Notes: generated by a model not told the origin, from the letters alone. Positions 24,590 to 37,608 are shown, counted from the first letter of the whole stretch. The stretch is 63,985 nucleotides of DNA, filler included, from Octopus bimaculoides (GCF_001194135.2; 5 parts of 5 records of this genome joined end to end with filler, not necessarily neighbours in it); one strand, 5' to 3'. A program made the numbers and translations.

Positions 24590-26075
24590 GTGTAGGCTAT
24601 AGAAAAGAAAACACGGTTACCAGCAGATATAAATCCGTACCTCCAGAAGAAACTAAATATACTTGAAGAAGAACGTAGTGGTGCATCGGGAAAATGATAC
24701 GCCAGATGTTGAAGTAGCTAAGATATTATGTGCAGAAATCTGGAGTAAGGAACTCCAAAGTAATATGTAGGTAGATAGTGTCACTGATAAGAAAGTGAAA
24801 GGGATAATTAAGAAAAAATGAAACTGGGATTTTCCCGGCCAGTTGGTGTCTGGAATTATGGCTGAAGGCTATTCCTAAATTACATACGAAGAATTTTTAT
24901 TGACTGCATACAAAATGTAACACCTAGATGGATACAAAATTAAGACATAGTTGATATAGAAAGACAAAGAAAAGAGAGTGGAAGTCAGTACTTGTGGATA
25001 TTATTTTTGGCTTACGACTTGTCTGTAATACTTTAACTATTCTCATAGCAGATGAAATATAAGATTTTCTGGGAAACGAGAAACTAGAGGAAGATGAATA
25101 CAAGAAAGGGATCATAGTACCAAACAACTTTGAAGAAAAAGAACAAACCATATATGCCGCAATGCAACTGAATGCCAAACTTAAATTGGAACAAGAATAC
25201 CAATAACAATGATAATACCATGATTAAACAATTTCAAGAAAGTCCCTTTCATGGCAAATACTGGGATAAGCTGAACAGAAAAAAATGAACAAACTAACAT
25301 TCCAAAATGTCTGAAAAGCTCAGGACTCAATGCAGAGATTGAAGGACTTTAAATTACAGCACTATATCGAAAGGATGAAACCCACCAGAAAGGATGAAAT
25401 CATAATGAAGAAATAACTACAGAATATGTGGTGAAGGGAAAGAAGCAATAAATCATATTGTCACTAGATTTACAGTTTTCGTTGAGGAAGACTTTTCCAA
25501 AAGACATGAAACAGTTGGGACCTATATACACTGGAAGCTATGCCAAGACTATGGAGTGACAACAGAAAAAAGTTGGTATAGGCATATACCAGAAAAATCA
25601 CAGAATATAAAAAACCAATCATGCTCTGGCAATATACACATGTAGAGAGATCTACGCTAATAGACCGCATATAGTACTCAGCAATCATCAAAAGACAATT
25701 GTTATCTAGCATTCCAACAGATAATAATATAACTCTGAAAGGAACGGAGTAACTCACAAAATGCAAAGCTACAGAAACTGAGATAACCCGAATATGTAAA
25801 GTAAAAACTGAAACAAAGCCTATAATAATAGTTACAGTCGGTATGATTAAAAAACAACATCTTGAAATTACATAAAGAAGAGACCAGAGCTTAGGAAAAT
25901 ACATATATATTATACGGAAAAAAACATTACTAGGTACTGCACAAATCCTACGTAAATCACATCCAACACAGTACGAAAAAAAAACGCCAAAACAAAGCGC
26001 TCTACAAACCAAGGCACACAGAGCTACGCTCTGAAGTGCAGTGATTGCACGTCAATAAAACGAAGGCTACTGAAC
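24590..26075 (+). mobile_element. Older, decayed R4/Dong-type LINE (RT to endonuclease remnants and 3' end)
   Basis: Remnants such as ETEITRICKVKTETKPIIIV.VG and KTLLGTAQILRK; ends ...ggctactgaac followed by (AAC)n/(AAT)n. Confidence 0.65.
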
Positions 26076-26085
26076 AACAACAACG

Positions 26086-26135
<50 letters not shown>

Positions 26136-26160
26136 AATAATAATAATCATAATAATAATC

Positions 26161-26603
26161 ATGCCAATACACACAGATAGAGAAATTAAGGGAAATAGAC
26201 CAGATATAGTTGTCAAAGATCATGAAGTAAAAAAATGCTTTCTAATTGATGTATCAATACCAGCAGATGACAACGTTTCTCTAAAAGAAATGGAAAAACT
26301 TTCAAAATACAAAGACCTGGAAATAGAGATAACTCGAATGTGGAATCTAAAAACAGAAACAATTCCTATCATAGTAGGTGCCTTAGGTATAATAAAAAAA
26401 TATTCAGACAAATACATAACAAAAACACCAGGACTTACAAATATATATAACATACAGAAAATTGCACTACTGGGTACTGCACAAAACACTTTCAATACAG
26501 TAAACATAAGAGCACCACAGCAAACCACAGCACATACCGAAGGCGCACAGAGCTGTGCTCGGTAGTGAAGTGAAAGCACGTTATAAAAATAAAACTACTG
26601 AAC
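26161..26603 (+). mobile_element. 5'-truncated R4/Dong-type LINE: restriction-like endonuclease domain plus 3' UTR
   Basis: NRPDIVVKDHEVKKCFLIDVSIP...EKLSKYKDL...PIIVGALG (PD..D..K motif); flanked by (AAT)n on both sides. Confidence 0.9.
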
Positions 26604-26632
<29 letters not shown>

Positions 26633-26634
<2 letters not shown>

Positions 26635-26765
26635 GCAGTGGCTCTCATGGCTTCTGATCTTAATTGATTGGAAGTGTTATCGTTTACATCGCTTTGTCTT
26701 GGTATAAAAAGATGGGCTACAGCAAATATTCTGCTCAATATCACAGATTTGCTTGTTGGTTGTTA
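26633..26765. mobile_element. Unclassified (TAA)n-associated repeat family, end fragment
   Basis: ggctctcatggcttctgatcttaattgattggaagtgttatc; homologous to 28030-28475, 36305-36640 (inverted) and 50590-51130. Confidence 0.7.
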
Positions 26766-26814
26766 TGGAGCAGATAGAAGAGACGGGCTATAAGTACTTG
26801 GAGATTTTGGAAAT

Positions 26815-27900
26815 GAATTAATTGATGGAGAAGGAAATGACAGAAAAATTTAAGGTGGAGTACTTGTGCAGACTGAAACTGATGCTTAAGTGGAAATTAA
26901 ACAGGCAGAATAAGATTGAAGCTTTCAACACATGGGCGATATCATTTCTTAAATATGGAGGAGGGATATTCGCCTGGACAGTAGGCGAACAAATCAGCTT
27001 TGGCAGAAAGACAAAGAAGTTGCTAACTAGATATGGGACACTCCACCCCCAAAATAATAGAGACAGTCTATGTACCGAGAAAAATAGTAGGTAGCATGGT
27101 GTGTACAAAATGCCTCAGAACCGCTATTACTAGAAGATCAGGTGTGTATAGGATGAAAGATTGCAAAGATAAAGCACTGTATAAGCAATTGAAAACGAAA
27201 GACACTGAAATTAGATGGGTAAACAAAAGAATGCATTTTCAATTTCATAGGGATGTTGAAGACAAGATAGAGAAAAAGATAGTTTGTATGACCAAAAGTG
27301 ATTTAAAACCGGAAACGGAGGCTCTAATCTGTGCTGCTTAAGAGCAAGCACTAAGAACCAACTACATAAAATACAGAATAGACAAGACATCAGAAATTGA
27401 TATTTGCAGAATCTGTGGACAAAATGTATGCCACTATCCCAGAAAGAATATAAGCGACGCCACGACGATATAGTAAGACTTGACCATTGGACACTTTGTA
27501 ACAAGTATGGACCTGACGGAGCAAAATATTGGTACGACCACAAACCTGAAGGCATTATCGAAAATGATAATGCAAAGATCTTGTGCTATTTTATGATTCA
27601 GTGCGACACATTAGATAGAAAATAGGAAGCCAGACATCATCTTTAATGAGAAAGAAAGCAATCTATGCTGGATCATATATATAGCATATCCAGCTGACAA
27701 CAAGGTGCGATAAGGAAGAAAGAAAAGTCGACACATATGACAGGTTAGCTTGGGAAGTTAAGCAGTTTTGGTCGATGAAAAAGATATTAGCGGTACCAAT
27801 AATTGTCGGAGCCCTGGGAAGAGTGAGTAAAAATCTCGAGAAGTACGTGGAACAAATAGCGGCTGCAATAAGTGTGGAGCACTGCATAGAACCGCTCGAA
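26815..27900 (+). mobile_element. Second R4-clade LINE family fragment (thumb, CCHC knuckle, endonuclease), decayed
   Basis: EYLCRLKLMLKWKLNRQNKIEAFNTWA; KSDLKPETEALICAA; ICRICGQ; YKRRHDDIVR; WYDHKPEGIIEND; PIIVGALG. Confidence 0.85.
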
Positions 27901-28029
27901 TACTCAGGAAGTAGTTCGAAAAATAAGAGGTGTTACCTTTGTTCACTGGCAGTAAACAGCGGATACCGTAGTGCATCTCCAGCGTTTGAAGCTGTGCAAA
28001 GGTAATGTCTTGCAATAGAAGATGGGCTT

Positions 28030-28475
28030 CAAGAAATAGTCTGCATAATACTGCAGATTTACTTGTCGGTTACTTGACCTAAACCCGTTCAGCATGTCCT
28101 TTTGTGTCTGACCAATATGTGCACCTCTGATCATGAACAGGCGTAATGGGGAGCATCACAGCCATGTGCTCAGAGGTATTCTTTGTTGTTTGAATAATTC
28201 ACCTCTGGAAAACATAGGTGTTTCGTTCATCATGCTAAAATAAGCCTTATTCATGGACCTTCTTAAGCCAGTTGGGTTACTCGACCAGAAAAATATTCTA
28301 ACTGGGCCCCACGTGTCAGATTATGTGCAGTTTATCTTGATATGAGATCAACATATCATGCACATATGGTTGGGATGCATGTGTCTGGTGTATTCTTATC
28401 AAAGGTATAGTCCTGGTCTATATATTGGACTTCGCAAATTTGTACTCCAGTATCATTTTGATGGGTATCCTGCTA
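28030..28475. mobile_element. Unclassified (TAA)n-associated repeat family, internal part
   Basis: Aligns by eye to 50700-51110. Confidence 0.65.
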
Positions 28476-30164
28476 ACAATGTTAGTATAGCTGTTATTTT
28501 GGGGTGGTTTTTGACCATTTTTGCTCAAAGCAACTTTCTCACTTGTTCGTTTCTGCTTCTTATCCGTTTCTTCATGTTGGTAACCGTTTGCCATTTAGTC
28601 TACAAACCGTCCCCTTCAATATAGGGCATGTCTGAGTGGTTCTTCTGAGAGCTGCTGATACTGTTGTTGTTGTTGGTGGTGGTGGTGGTAGAGGTGGTAG
28701 AGCTGCTGCTACGAATGCTTTATTAATTGCTGTTGCTGCTATTTTCACATTTTTAACTCCTGGTGCTGGTGATGTTGTAACCACCTGCGTCTGTCAGATC
28801 CGTTGCTGTTGTCTTTCAGTTGTTGTTGTAGGAGTACCGGTTGTGTTTGGAAGAGTGTTAGTTTTCTTTGCTGTGTGCAAAGGGCGTCGAGGTGACGTGT
28901 GTCCTTGCACAGAATATATCACAACCTTCTGCCCTCAACAGCCATGAGAAGCTTTTTGCCATGTGACAGGAGTATGAAGTCCGGGATAGCATCGGTGATT
29001 TTCTGGTCCGTCTGTATTAACTACTGCATACTCTGTCCTAACAAAATTTGCTTCTGTATTCTTTGTATCTATAGACAACTGTTTATTTTTAGTCTATTTG
29101 AAAGAGAACCGCTGCCACCAACCTGAAAATGTTAATTTCTGGTGCTATATTTTATATTCTTATTTTGAACACCCCCGGCCAAGATAAATGGGGATGAAAA
29201 TGAGTTTGAGCCTCGTTAGGGTAGTTGATTTTTAGCCTCAACTCTGACGCGAATCTCACTTAAACTGTTCCAAATCACCCAGACCCATTTTTAAATTTGC
29301 TGTTCCAAATTTATAGCAGCCATTTCCTTTATCGGCCGGTGCGTTGCTGGAGTATTCCTTTAACTTTTGCTCTGATTGTTTTGTAATGAACTGTCCACAA
29401 CTTAGTTTCTTCCTGAACAAATATAGAAACGCTCTGTACCACATTTCGCCCACATTTCTTCAGCATACATTTTGTACGTTTGAATTTATTTTCGTTTATA
29501 AAATTATCTTTGTTTCTATGCTGCATTGTGTCCACAAAACCATTGACAGCAGATTCGCATGAACTAGTTTCCTTGTTCCTTTTTCTTTTCGTTAATGATG
29601 TTGCTGATGGTGGGTTTGCTGTTGTCACTGGTGTTGGTGGACGTGGTGATGTCCCCTATTGGGTTATTGATTTCTGCGTTAGTCTTGTGGAGCTGATAAA
29701 AGCATCGGAAAATTACTTTCATGCATTTCACGTGCAGTGTTGTTGTTGCCGTAACTGTTGCTATCATTACTTCTCCTGCTGCTGCTGTTAATGATATGTG
29801 AAAATTGACTTTATTATTCTGAGGATAAGTGACTGTTCTATACAGCGAGCGAACAATCCACGTCACCTTTTCTCAGTTTTAAACAAGCCCCCAATGTAGT
29901 CCCTAACGGCTACAAATGGATAAATATTTATAAGCTCCCTAAGGTTCTGGTTAGTGTACTTATATAATGATAGCAAAAGTTCAATATGTAACTGACTATC
30001 AATGTAAATAACGATAGATTTACAGGAATGTGGAGCAATACATGTGGATAGTTGAACAAGAAGAAGACTATGAACAACAATATCAATAATGCATTCTACT
30101 ATAGGCCTGTAGGCACAAGTCTAAATTTAGGGGAAGGGGATAGTCGATTACATCGAGTGCAATA

Positions 30165-30292
30165 CACACCTGGTACTTATTTTATCGACCCCGAAAGGAT
30201 GAAAAGCGAAGTCGACCTCGGCGGAATTTGGACAGATAGGATAATGCCAAGCATTTAGCTCGGCGTGTTAATGCTTCTTCCAGCTGCCGCCA
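30165..30292 (-). mobile_element. Meta-like SINE
   Basis: ggtacttattttatcgaccccgaaaggatgaaaagcgaagtcgacctcggcggaatttg. Confidence 0.8.
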
Positions 30293-30514
30293 TAACAATA
30301 ATAATTATCATAATAATGATATATGCTTGCAGTACACGGGGAAATACGAAATCCTATTTTATAGTAGATTGTGAATCATAAAATTTTCTTGTTGGTAATA
30401 ATTATAATGTAAATTCATTCATAATACTTCAAACAAATGTAATTCTTGATTGTTTAAAAGCACTGCTTTAATTTAATCAATTAGTATAATATAGTTTCCT
30501 ATTATGAGACTTGA

Positions 30515-30563
30515 GACGCTATTTATGATATCGCTTTTTGAAAGCGATATCATAAATAGTGTC
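30515..30563. repeat. Near-perfect 23-bp-stem hairpin
   Basis: gacgctatttatgatatcgcttt-ttg-aaagcgatatcataaatagtgtc; one G-T pair. Confidence 0.9.
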
Positions 30564-31356
30564 ACGTGATATCTGAAATATCTTTTTTGAATTCTTGTTT
30601 ACAATAAACCATTACGTTAAAAAATATAAAATATAAAACTACTTCGAAAATAATTTACATGGACTATGTTATATGCTTAGACGTGATACACAGTATGAAT
30701 TTTGTAAAGCAAAATTTTCCGAAGGAATTAAAATTGTTAATGATGATATTGATTCATGACACCTTAGTGCATTAGGGCTCATCTAACTCGGGTATACGGA
30801 CCTCAAATGAAGACACTTTTACAATAAAACTAATTCAATTCGAAACCAGTTCTGCTCAATATATCGGTGAACAAATCGACGATGACATTTGATGTGAAAT
30901 AAGATGATTGAAATCAGGAGGAATGCCCAACACATTCAAGATAATCAAAATACGCAATTGCTTTTAAGAAAATATTGCAAGTAATAATTATTGCAGATTA
31001 ATGTATAACCGTCCATTCTCGACATTTTTATTGCACTGGTGTCTACCGAATTATAAAATTGTAAAGGATGACGGGCTAAAACTATACAATCAGGACATTA
31101 CGAGTAAAATTTAATTATGGACACCCGGAAAATAAGTTATAGGTATGTCATAAGCACGAAATAAATAACTAAGAGCTCGTTTACGTCACACAGCATCTCA
31201 GTTTTTAGTACAATCTAATAAAGTACCCCTCTCCATCTCTCTCTCGCTGCTCACTCGATCTCAGCCAACTCTCTGCATCCACTATTATCCACAACAAGAT
31301 CACCACCGATGAACCAAAATTTTCTTTTGTACTGTTTGTGTTATAATGCAGTTCCA

Positions 31357-31555
31357 TATTTAAGAGATGAGGAATTATGTACATTATTTAAATTTGACGG
31401 ATATTTGTCCTCATCTTGTTTGTTGTTAACACAACTTTTCGGCTAATATGCCCTCCAGCCTTCATCAGGTGTTTTGGGGAAATTTCGAACTTGGTTTCTC
31501 ATTCCTAAGGTATTTTTCGACGTTGTGGTTGTTGTTGTTGTTGTTGTTGTTATTA

Positions 31556-31637
<82 letters not shown>

Positions 31638-31846
31638 TTACCGCCTGGAATTGAACTCGGAATGTTGGGGTTAGTAGCCCGCGCCTCTAACCACTACGCC
31701 ATCTGCCCGTGGTTCGAAGATTTTCTCCAGACACCTGATGAAGGCCAGAGGGTATATCTGCTGAAACGTTGTGTTAACAACATACAAGATGAAGACAAAT
31801 ATCCGTCAAATGTAAATAAGGTAAATAATGTTTGTGTTATTTCCTC
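31357..31846 (-). mobile_element. tRNA-headed, (AAT)n-containing element with hammerhead motifs in inverted terminal arms
   Basis: Minus strand: A box TGGCGTAGTGG (31701-31691), B box GTTCAATTC (31656-31648), (AAT)n, hammerhead 31472-31429; inverted arm 31712-31846 carries a plus-strand hammerhead. Confidence 0.85.
31731..31774 (+). ncRNA. Minimal type-I hammerhead ribozyme motif
   Basis: ACAC CUGAUGA A GG(C)CAGA..UCUGCU GAA ACGU U GUGU: stem I ACAC/GUGU, intact core, palindromic ACGU stem III, predicted cleavage after U31770. Confidence 0.7.
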
Positions 31847-34800
31847 TAGCGTAAGACGCATGCCATGATGTTAGTAAAGTGAATCATTGATACAAATAGC
31901 CGCAATACAGAAAGTCATTTCTTCCTTCACGGTATTCAACAAATAACAAGAAGAAAGAGACATTTCAAGGGAAGTTTTGTGATGAATATAAAATTAAAAC
32001 TACAACTGCAAATAAAAATGTTTTTTCACAAAGGCACGTCTTGGTGCATCCCAAAACTCAACTTCCAGCACATGTTATTTTAATATTAAAGTTAACATAT
32101 GCGTCACACGGCAAATGATAACAAAAACGTCTACAAACATTATACAAGTGACAAAAAAAAAAGGAGAAGAATTACATTATTTCGAACCGTACTTAAGTAT
32201 TAGTAGGGGTACGAAACGCATTTGCCGCATGATTTTACAACTTATAGTTGACATTATATACTAGGTTGAGAAATAGATTTAAAAATCTCCGCTTCAAAAG
32301 TAATTATAATCAGCAATAGTGTGATTATAAGACATTCTGACCAGGATTATAAACACTATCTCTATATTTAAATTAAAATAAATCATGGAGAAGAACTAAT
32401 AGAGAGACATATGGGAATAGACATTCACAAAAAGATCGAGATCAATTTATATATACATTAATAAATGATCTTGGTTGACATGCAACGTGAATAATTACGT
32501 TGAGCTTACTCTTAAACATTTCCTCTTTACCGGAACATTTACAGCATGGGTTTAACTCTCACTTTGTATTCTTTTCACTTGATAATACATGTGTGCGTGC
32601 GTGTATGTGTTGTGGGTGTGCCTGTGTGTGTCTTTTGTGATGATGGTGAAGGAGCCGCTAACATTGTTTTTTTTTTGTTTTGTTTTCCTTTGTTCTTACA
32701 AGATGTGAAATAGGCAATGAAAGCACACAATTCTGCTTGAATTTACATTTTCCTGTTTCTACACTATGAATATATTGTTCTCTGCGTAAATGAATAATTT
32801 ATTACCGATGTGACAGGTTACTTTCTTGGACAAAACATACTGAACATGTCGTCTATTTTTTAAAATTTTTTTATGAGATCACTTATGTAGTTACTATCGT
32901 ATTTTCTATTGAAGTGAAATTGTTTATATAGTATTTTACAGAAAGGGAGTGCTCAATTGAAATTTAAATATAACCAATATTTTAAAATTAGAACACAATG
33001 AAACAAAACATTTTAATCCTGGTACATTGTGTCTTGTCGGCGTCTTCACGTTTAACTAAGTATTAATATAACATAGGAACCATTGTGAGGACATATTGTA
33101 ACAGACAAGTAAAATAGTTTCCCGAAGTATATATAAATCAATTCCAGCTGAATTTATAAATTCAGTTGAGAAATGATTTCGTTTTTGTACATTTTTGTTG
33201 TCATGATTAATTCTGAAATATTCCTTGTGGATATCCTCTTACCAAATAAATGTTACCAACAAGTAAGACATTGCAAAATACTTGCTAGAAATAAAACAGT
33301 TTCTCTCAGATGATTTATCTTGTATTTTATAACTACTACTTTGTTTAATATCTTCTAATGTTAGCTTTCTTTTTTTGTCGTTTCGTTACTATTGTATTTG
33401 GTTTCCCAATAATCTCTTTTTCATAGCTGATTTATGATTCAATTGGCTACAAATGTATTCCAAAATGCATTTATCTTCGGACTTACATTAAGAATGCGTA
33501 CACTGATTTTATTATTTCTAGTTATAGTTCTGTTTGTTTTCGTTCAACAAAAGAAAGACATTAAATATATGAAATCTTACTCACCTTAATATCTAAATAA
33601 TTTATTATTATACATAAACAGAATATTTGTCCACTTTAAGAATTTCAATATGCTATTATTATCCTGTTCTCGCTGAAGAGCATCAATCACTGAAACAGTT
33701 ATACTTTGAGAGATGCATACATACTCAATAGGATATTTTAAAATTAATGCCATTTATTGAATATTTGCTGTTTAAAACGACACGTGCTTCCTATTTTGAA
33801 TTGATATAAATAAAAATAGAAGATACTAGAATTTTAACATATTTACAAATAAGTTTCAGCATTTAATTCTAAATGATGCATAAATCAAAATGCAATATCA
33901 ATTCAGCTATTTGTAGAATCTAGCAACGACTAATATATAACTATAAATTTAAAACAATTGCATACAGCCCTTTAGGCAATAAGTAGTATTTTAGCTTGAT
34001 TTAAAGGTAGTAAACGGCAGGCGGCTTAATATATAACTGACCTTTTTACACAAAACATCTTGCCAGATAATATATTTCTCTTAAATACAATAATGTAAAA
34101 GTGCATTAAAAAATTTAGCCTCAGATTTTGAATACTAGGCTTATACTTAGGTAGACTGAAACCAAATTGATCACGAAAAATATTGTCTGATATTAATTTA
34201 TAATAGGATTTAAAAAGCGCTTCTCCGTTTATTAATATTCTTCGTATATTCATCTGATACTACTTGACACAATCAGTTCCCTACGTAAGCCAAAATTTCA
34301 AATTGTACGCCCTTCATATATTTAATCTGATAATCTATACTTAAACATATTAAGTGATACTTGAAACAATGTTTGAACATTCTTATATGCCGCTATGCAT
34401 AAGAAATAATGATATATGTATACGCACACAAACATATACACTCACACAACACACACACAACACACACTCATACACATACGTGTATACATGTGTATATATA
34501 TTTATATATGTATATATATGTGTGTGTGTGTGTGTGTACGTGTATGTGTGTGTACTTAGATTTAGAGAGATCACGTGTGCGAAGCATTGAAATAGCTGAA
34601 AATGAGAATGTATTAATATTTATATATGCGGCAGCGTTTTCGCATTGCCATCCAATTGTAAACAAAAATTGTTTTGGAGTAAAGAAGAAACTTTCTAACA
34701 TTACTTATTCTGTTTAAATTAAGGCTGTTGTCTTTTAACCAGATATGCAGTACAGAAGTGATTTACTCCGCCAAATCAATAGAGAAATATAAGTAGAGTA

Positions 34801-35685
34801 AATAAAAGCGGAAGATGTACAATATATTTATACTAACGCTGTTCATCATTCTAATATTTATCCGTGTTTTCTTCTTTTTTATTTTCAATGATGTTGTAAT
34901 CTCTGTTAGTAAAGTAGCTAAAATAGTTCATATAACTTAATGAAACAGAATAATAGAAAAAAGATGGTCTGCATTTCTGTTGAATTTTCAAAAGAGTAAT
35001 TGGTGTTGTTGGAAAAAAAATAATATTTCCTGATACCAGATTTATAAAGTGTCTACAATTATTATATACTGAATAGATTAAAGTTATATTTATGGTAGTT
35101 GGAGAAAATACATTTATTTGTAGGCTATCAGTCGTGTAAAAGTGTTAATGATCTGTTATATGTCAGCTGGCAGAAGATATGGTCCTACAATACCATAACA
35201 ATATTTAGCATGTAGACTGAACTGTAATTTTGATATGCAAAAATAGGAAAATGGGAATAAATGTGAGAAAAATATTTTGCTTAACTGTTTCCAATCCTTG
35301 AGTTCTGAGCTTGAGGCCACAAAATATTTAGCTTCGTCACATAATCGCAAATATAACAATCACTAACATATGTTTGGCATTATCATATATGCTGACATTT
35401 AACACAGGAGTCTAAGGTAAGTAATTTTAACTAATTTCGACATTTGATTAGAATAAACTATTCTAATGGCATAATGTTTATGACCTGCGATCAGCTTCAA
35501 GCTTTAGATTCAGTCGTTTTTTTTTAATGTATTTATATATATATANNNNNNNNNNNNNNNNNNNNNNNNNNNNNNNNNNNNNNNNNNNNNNNNNNNNNNN
35601 NNNNNNNNNNNNNNNNNNNNNNNNNNNNNNNNNNNNNNNNNNNNNNNNNNNNNNNNNNNNNNNNNNNNNNNNNNNNNNNNNNNNN

Positions 35686-36025
35686 GAGTAATTTGCTGAA
35701 CAAGACGAGGCAGGTGCAAATTTTAATCTTGAAATACGAGCGGAAATCTGCAGTATGAACGAGTTTCCTACGAGCAACCGATAGTCGACGCAGAGCTCGC
35801 ACACGCTCTCCCAACAAGCGCAGTCCCCGCTCACTGAATTCACATGTTTATCTCGCTGTGGCAGCTACCCTATTGTGTTTTTCCAATGATATTTTTTTTA
35901 TTATTGTGCATTTTTTGTTATTATTTCATAATAATTAATTGTGTTAGCCATGGATCCTAAGGAGGTTATTGCAAAGGACAGTGATGAGAAGGAAAAGCTG
36001 ATCACGAGAAGAAAGAAATGCTGAT
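35686..36025 (+). mobile_element. Probable Tigger/pogo-like transposon 5' fragment
   Basis: CpG-rich leader, then ATG at 35950: MDPKEVIAKDSDEKEKLITRRKK, resembling remembered Tigger N-termini (MGPKKVSAKDS.EKKK). Confidence 0.45.
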
Positions 36026-36039
36026 CATGGTCCTAATCT

Positions 36040-36270
36040 CAGAATTAAATGTTGCTAACATATTTAATGTGATCAGTTCTTTAGCCATACTAGAAACCAC
36101 TTATAGCTTCGGTATCATGAAGTGTAATCTAAGTGACATGCAGAATACGGATGCGATGATCCGTAAAATCTTTAAAAGGTACTGAATACACCATCCCAAA
36201 TCAGATGTAGACAAGATTTATCTACCCAGAAAACAAAATAGGTGGAAGAGACCTGATACAGCTCGAACAA
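36040..36270 (+). mobile_element. R4-clade LINE fragment, decayed
   Basis: ELNVANIFNVISSLAILETTYSFG...IHHPKSDVDKIYLPRK..GGRDLIQLE. Confidence 0.75.
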
Positions 36271-36304
36271 TCCTCCATATTAGGTTAAGTAGCCCATCCC
36301 GGGC

Positions 36305-36640
36305 AAAAGGAACCTGAATAAGTGTTGTTTAAGGATGTTGAACGAAACATCCATTTTTCCAAAGGTGAATTATCCAAACCACAAAAAATTCCTCACAACA
36401 CATGGCTATGATGCTCCCCCACTATCATTATCAGAGATGCGCATATCTTCAGCCACTAAGGGAAATGCTGAACTGGTTAAGGTCAAACAACTTATAAGCA
36501 AATTTGTGGTATTGAACAGAATGTCTGTTGTAGCCCATCCTTTATACCAAGACAAAACAATGTATGTGATAACACTTCCAATCCGTTAACATCAGAAGCC
36601 ATGTGAGCCACTACCTGGTACTGAATCAGGGCATTTATTA
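36305..36640. mobile_element. Unclassified (TAA)n-associated repeat family, inverted copy
   Basis: Reverse complement of 50590-50900; followed by (TTA)n. Confidence 0.7.
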
Positions 36641-36658
36641 TGATTATTATGATTATTA

Positions 36659-36707
<49 letters not shown>

Positions 36708-37608
36708 TATTATTTTATTATGGCAGTCAGCTTGGAAAGCCACGCTTGACCTCTCTCCATGAATCTTATAATGAAAAATCAAATAATAGTGTATCTGCAC
36801 CCTTTAAGTTTATAACATCGTGGACAACATGTTATTTGCCGTTGAGTGGTGTGTTCATTTTCGTATGTTGTCCACCAGTTTGGGGAGACAGTTCAATCGT
36901 TTTTATTTTCTTAAAACCAAAACTGTGTGCGTTTTCCCCACCAACCTAGAGAAAACAGAAAACACTGTGACGCTCATATGTGAGAGACGAAGAGAAAGTG
37001 AGGAGCGTCACCAAGCGCCAATGAGAGAGGGTGCATGCGTGCGATGGGACTTTGGTCTGAAAGACAAAACAAACGATAGTTGTGTTTTTCTCAACGAATG
37101 AGATGGACAACAGAGCCAATGTTTTCAATGAAGATCACTTAGAAGATCTTTTGAAAGGAAAGGGTCTGTCTTTAGTAATATTATTGGAGGAGAAAACATT
37201 AGCTTCGAGAGTGTAAATGGTGAAGGTCCTTCCGTGAGCGAGACAGCAGATGAGTTACCTGCAAATAACAGCAACAACAGGAACAGAAACAACAACAATA
37301 ACAACATCAGCAGCACCATCACCAATCACAACAACAGTAATAAAGGTGACAACAGCAACTACAAAACCAACACCGGCAGTAACAAAAGGAACAACACCAA
37401 TGACAAAGACAATGAAAGAGCTAATTCGTAAACCGCTACAACGGATTGGAAGAGCCTTTCAAAGCATTCTTTCCCGGTGAGTAACTAAATCATCTCTCCA
37501 GAAAATACAGTTCTGAAAAGAAGAACTGAAATATGCGAAAGAGCTAGTCTGGAAGTTTCTAACCTTATTTAGGGGAAATTTTAAAGATTACTCACAAAAT
37601 ATAGTAGA

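Noticed and set aside
33670-33705. CUGAAGA...GAAACAGUU
   Set aside because: Core words are present but stems I and II do not form; likely chance.
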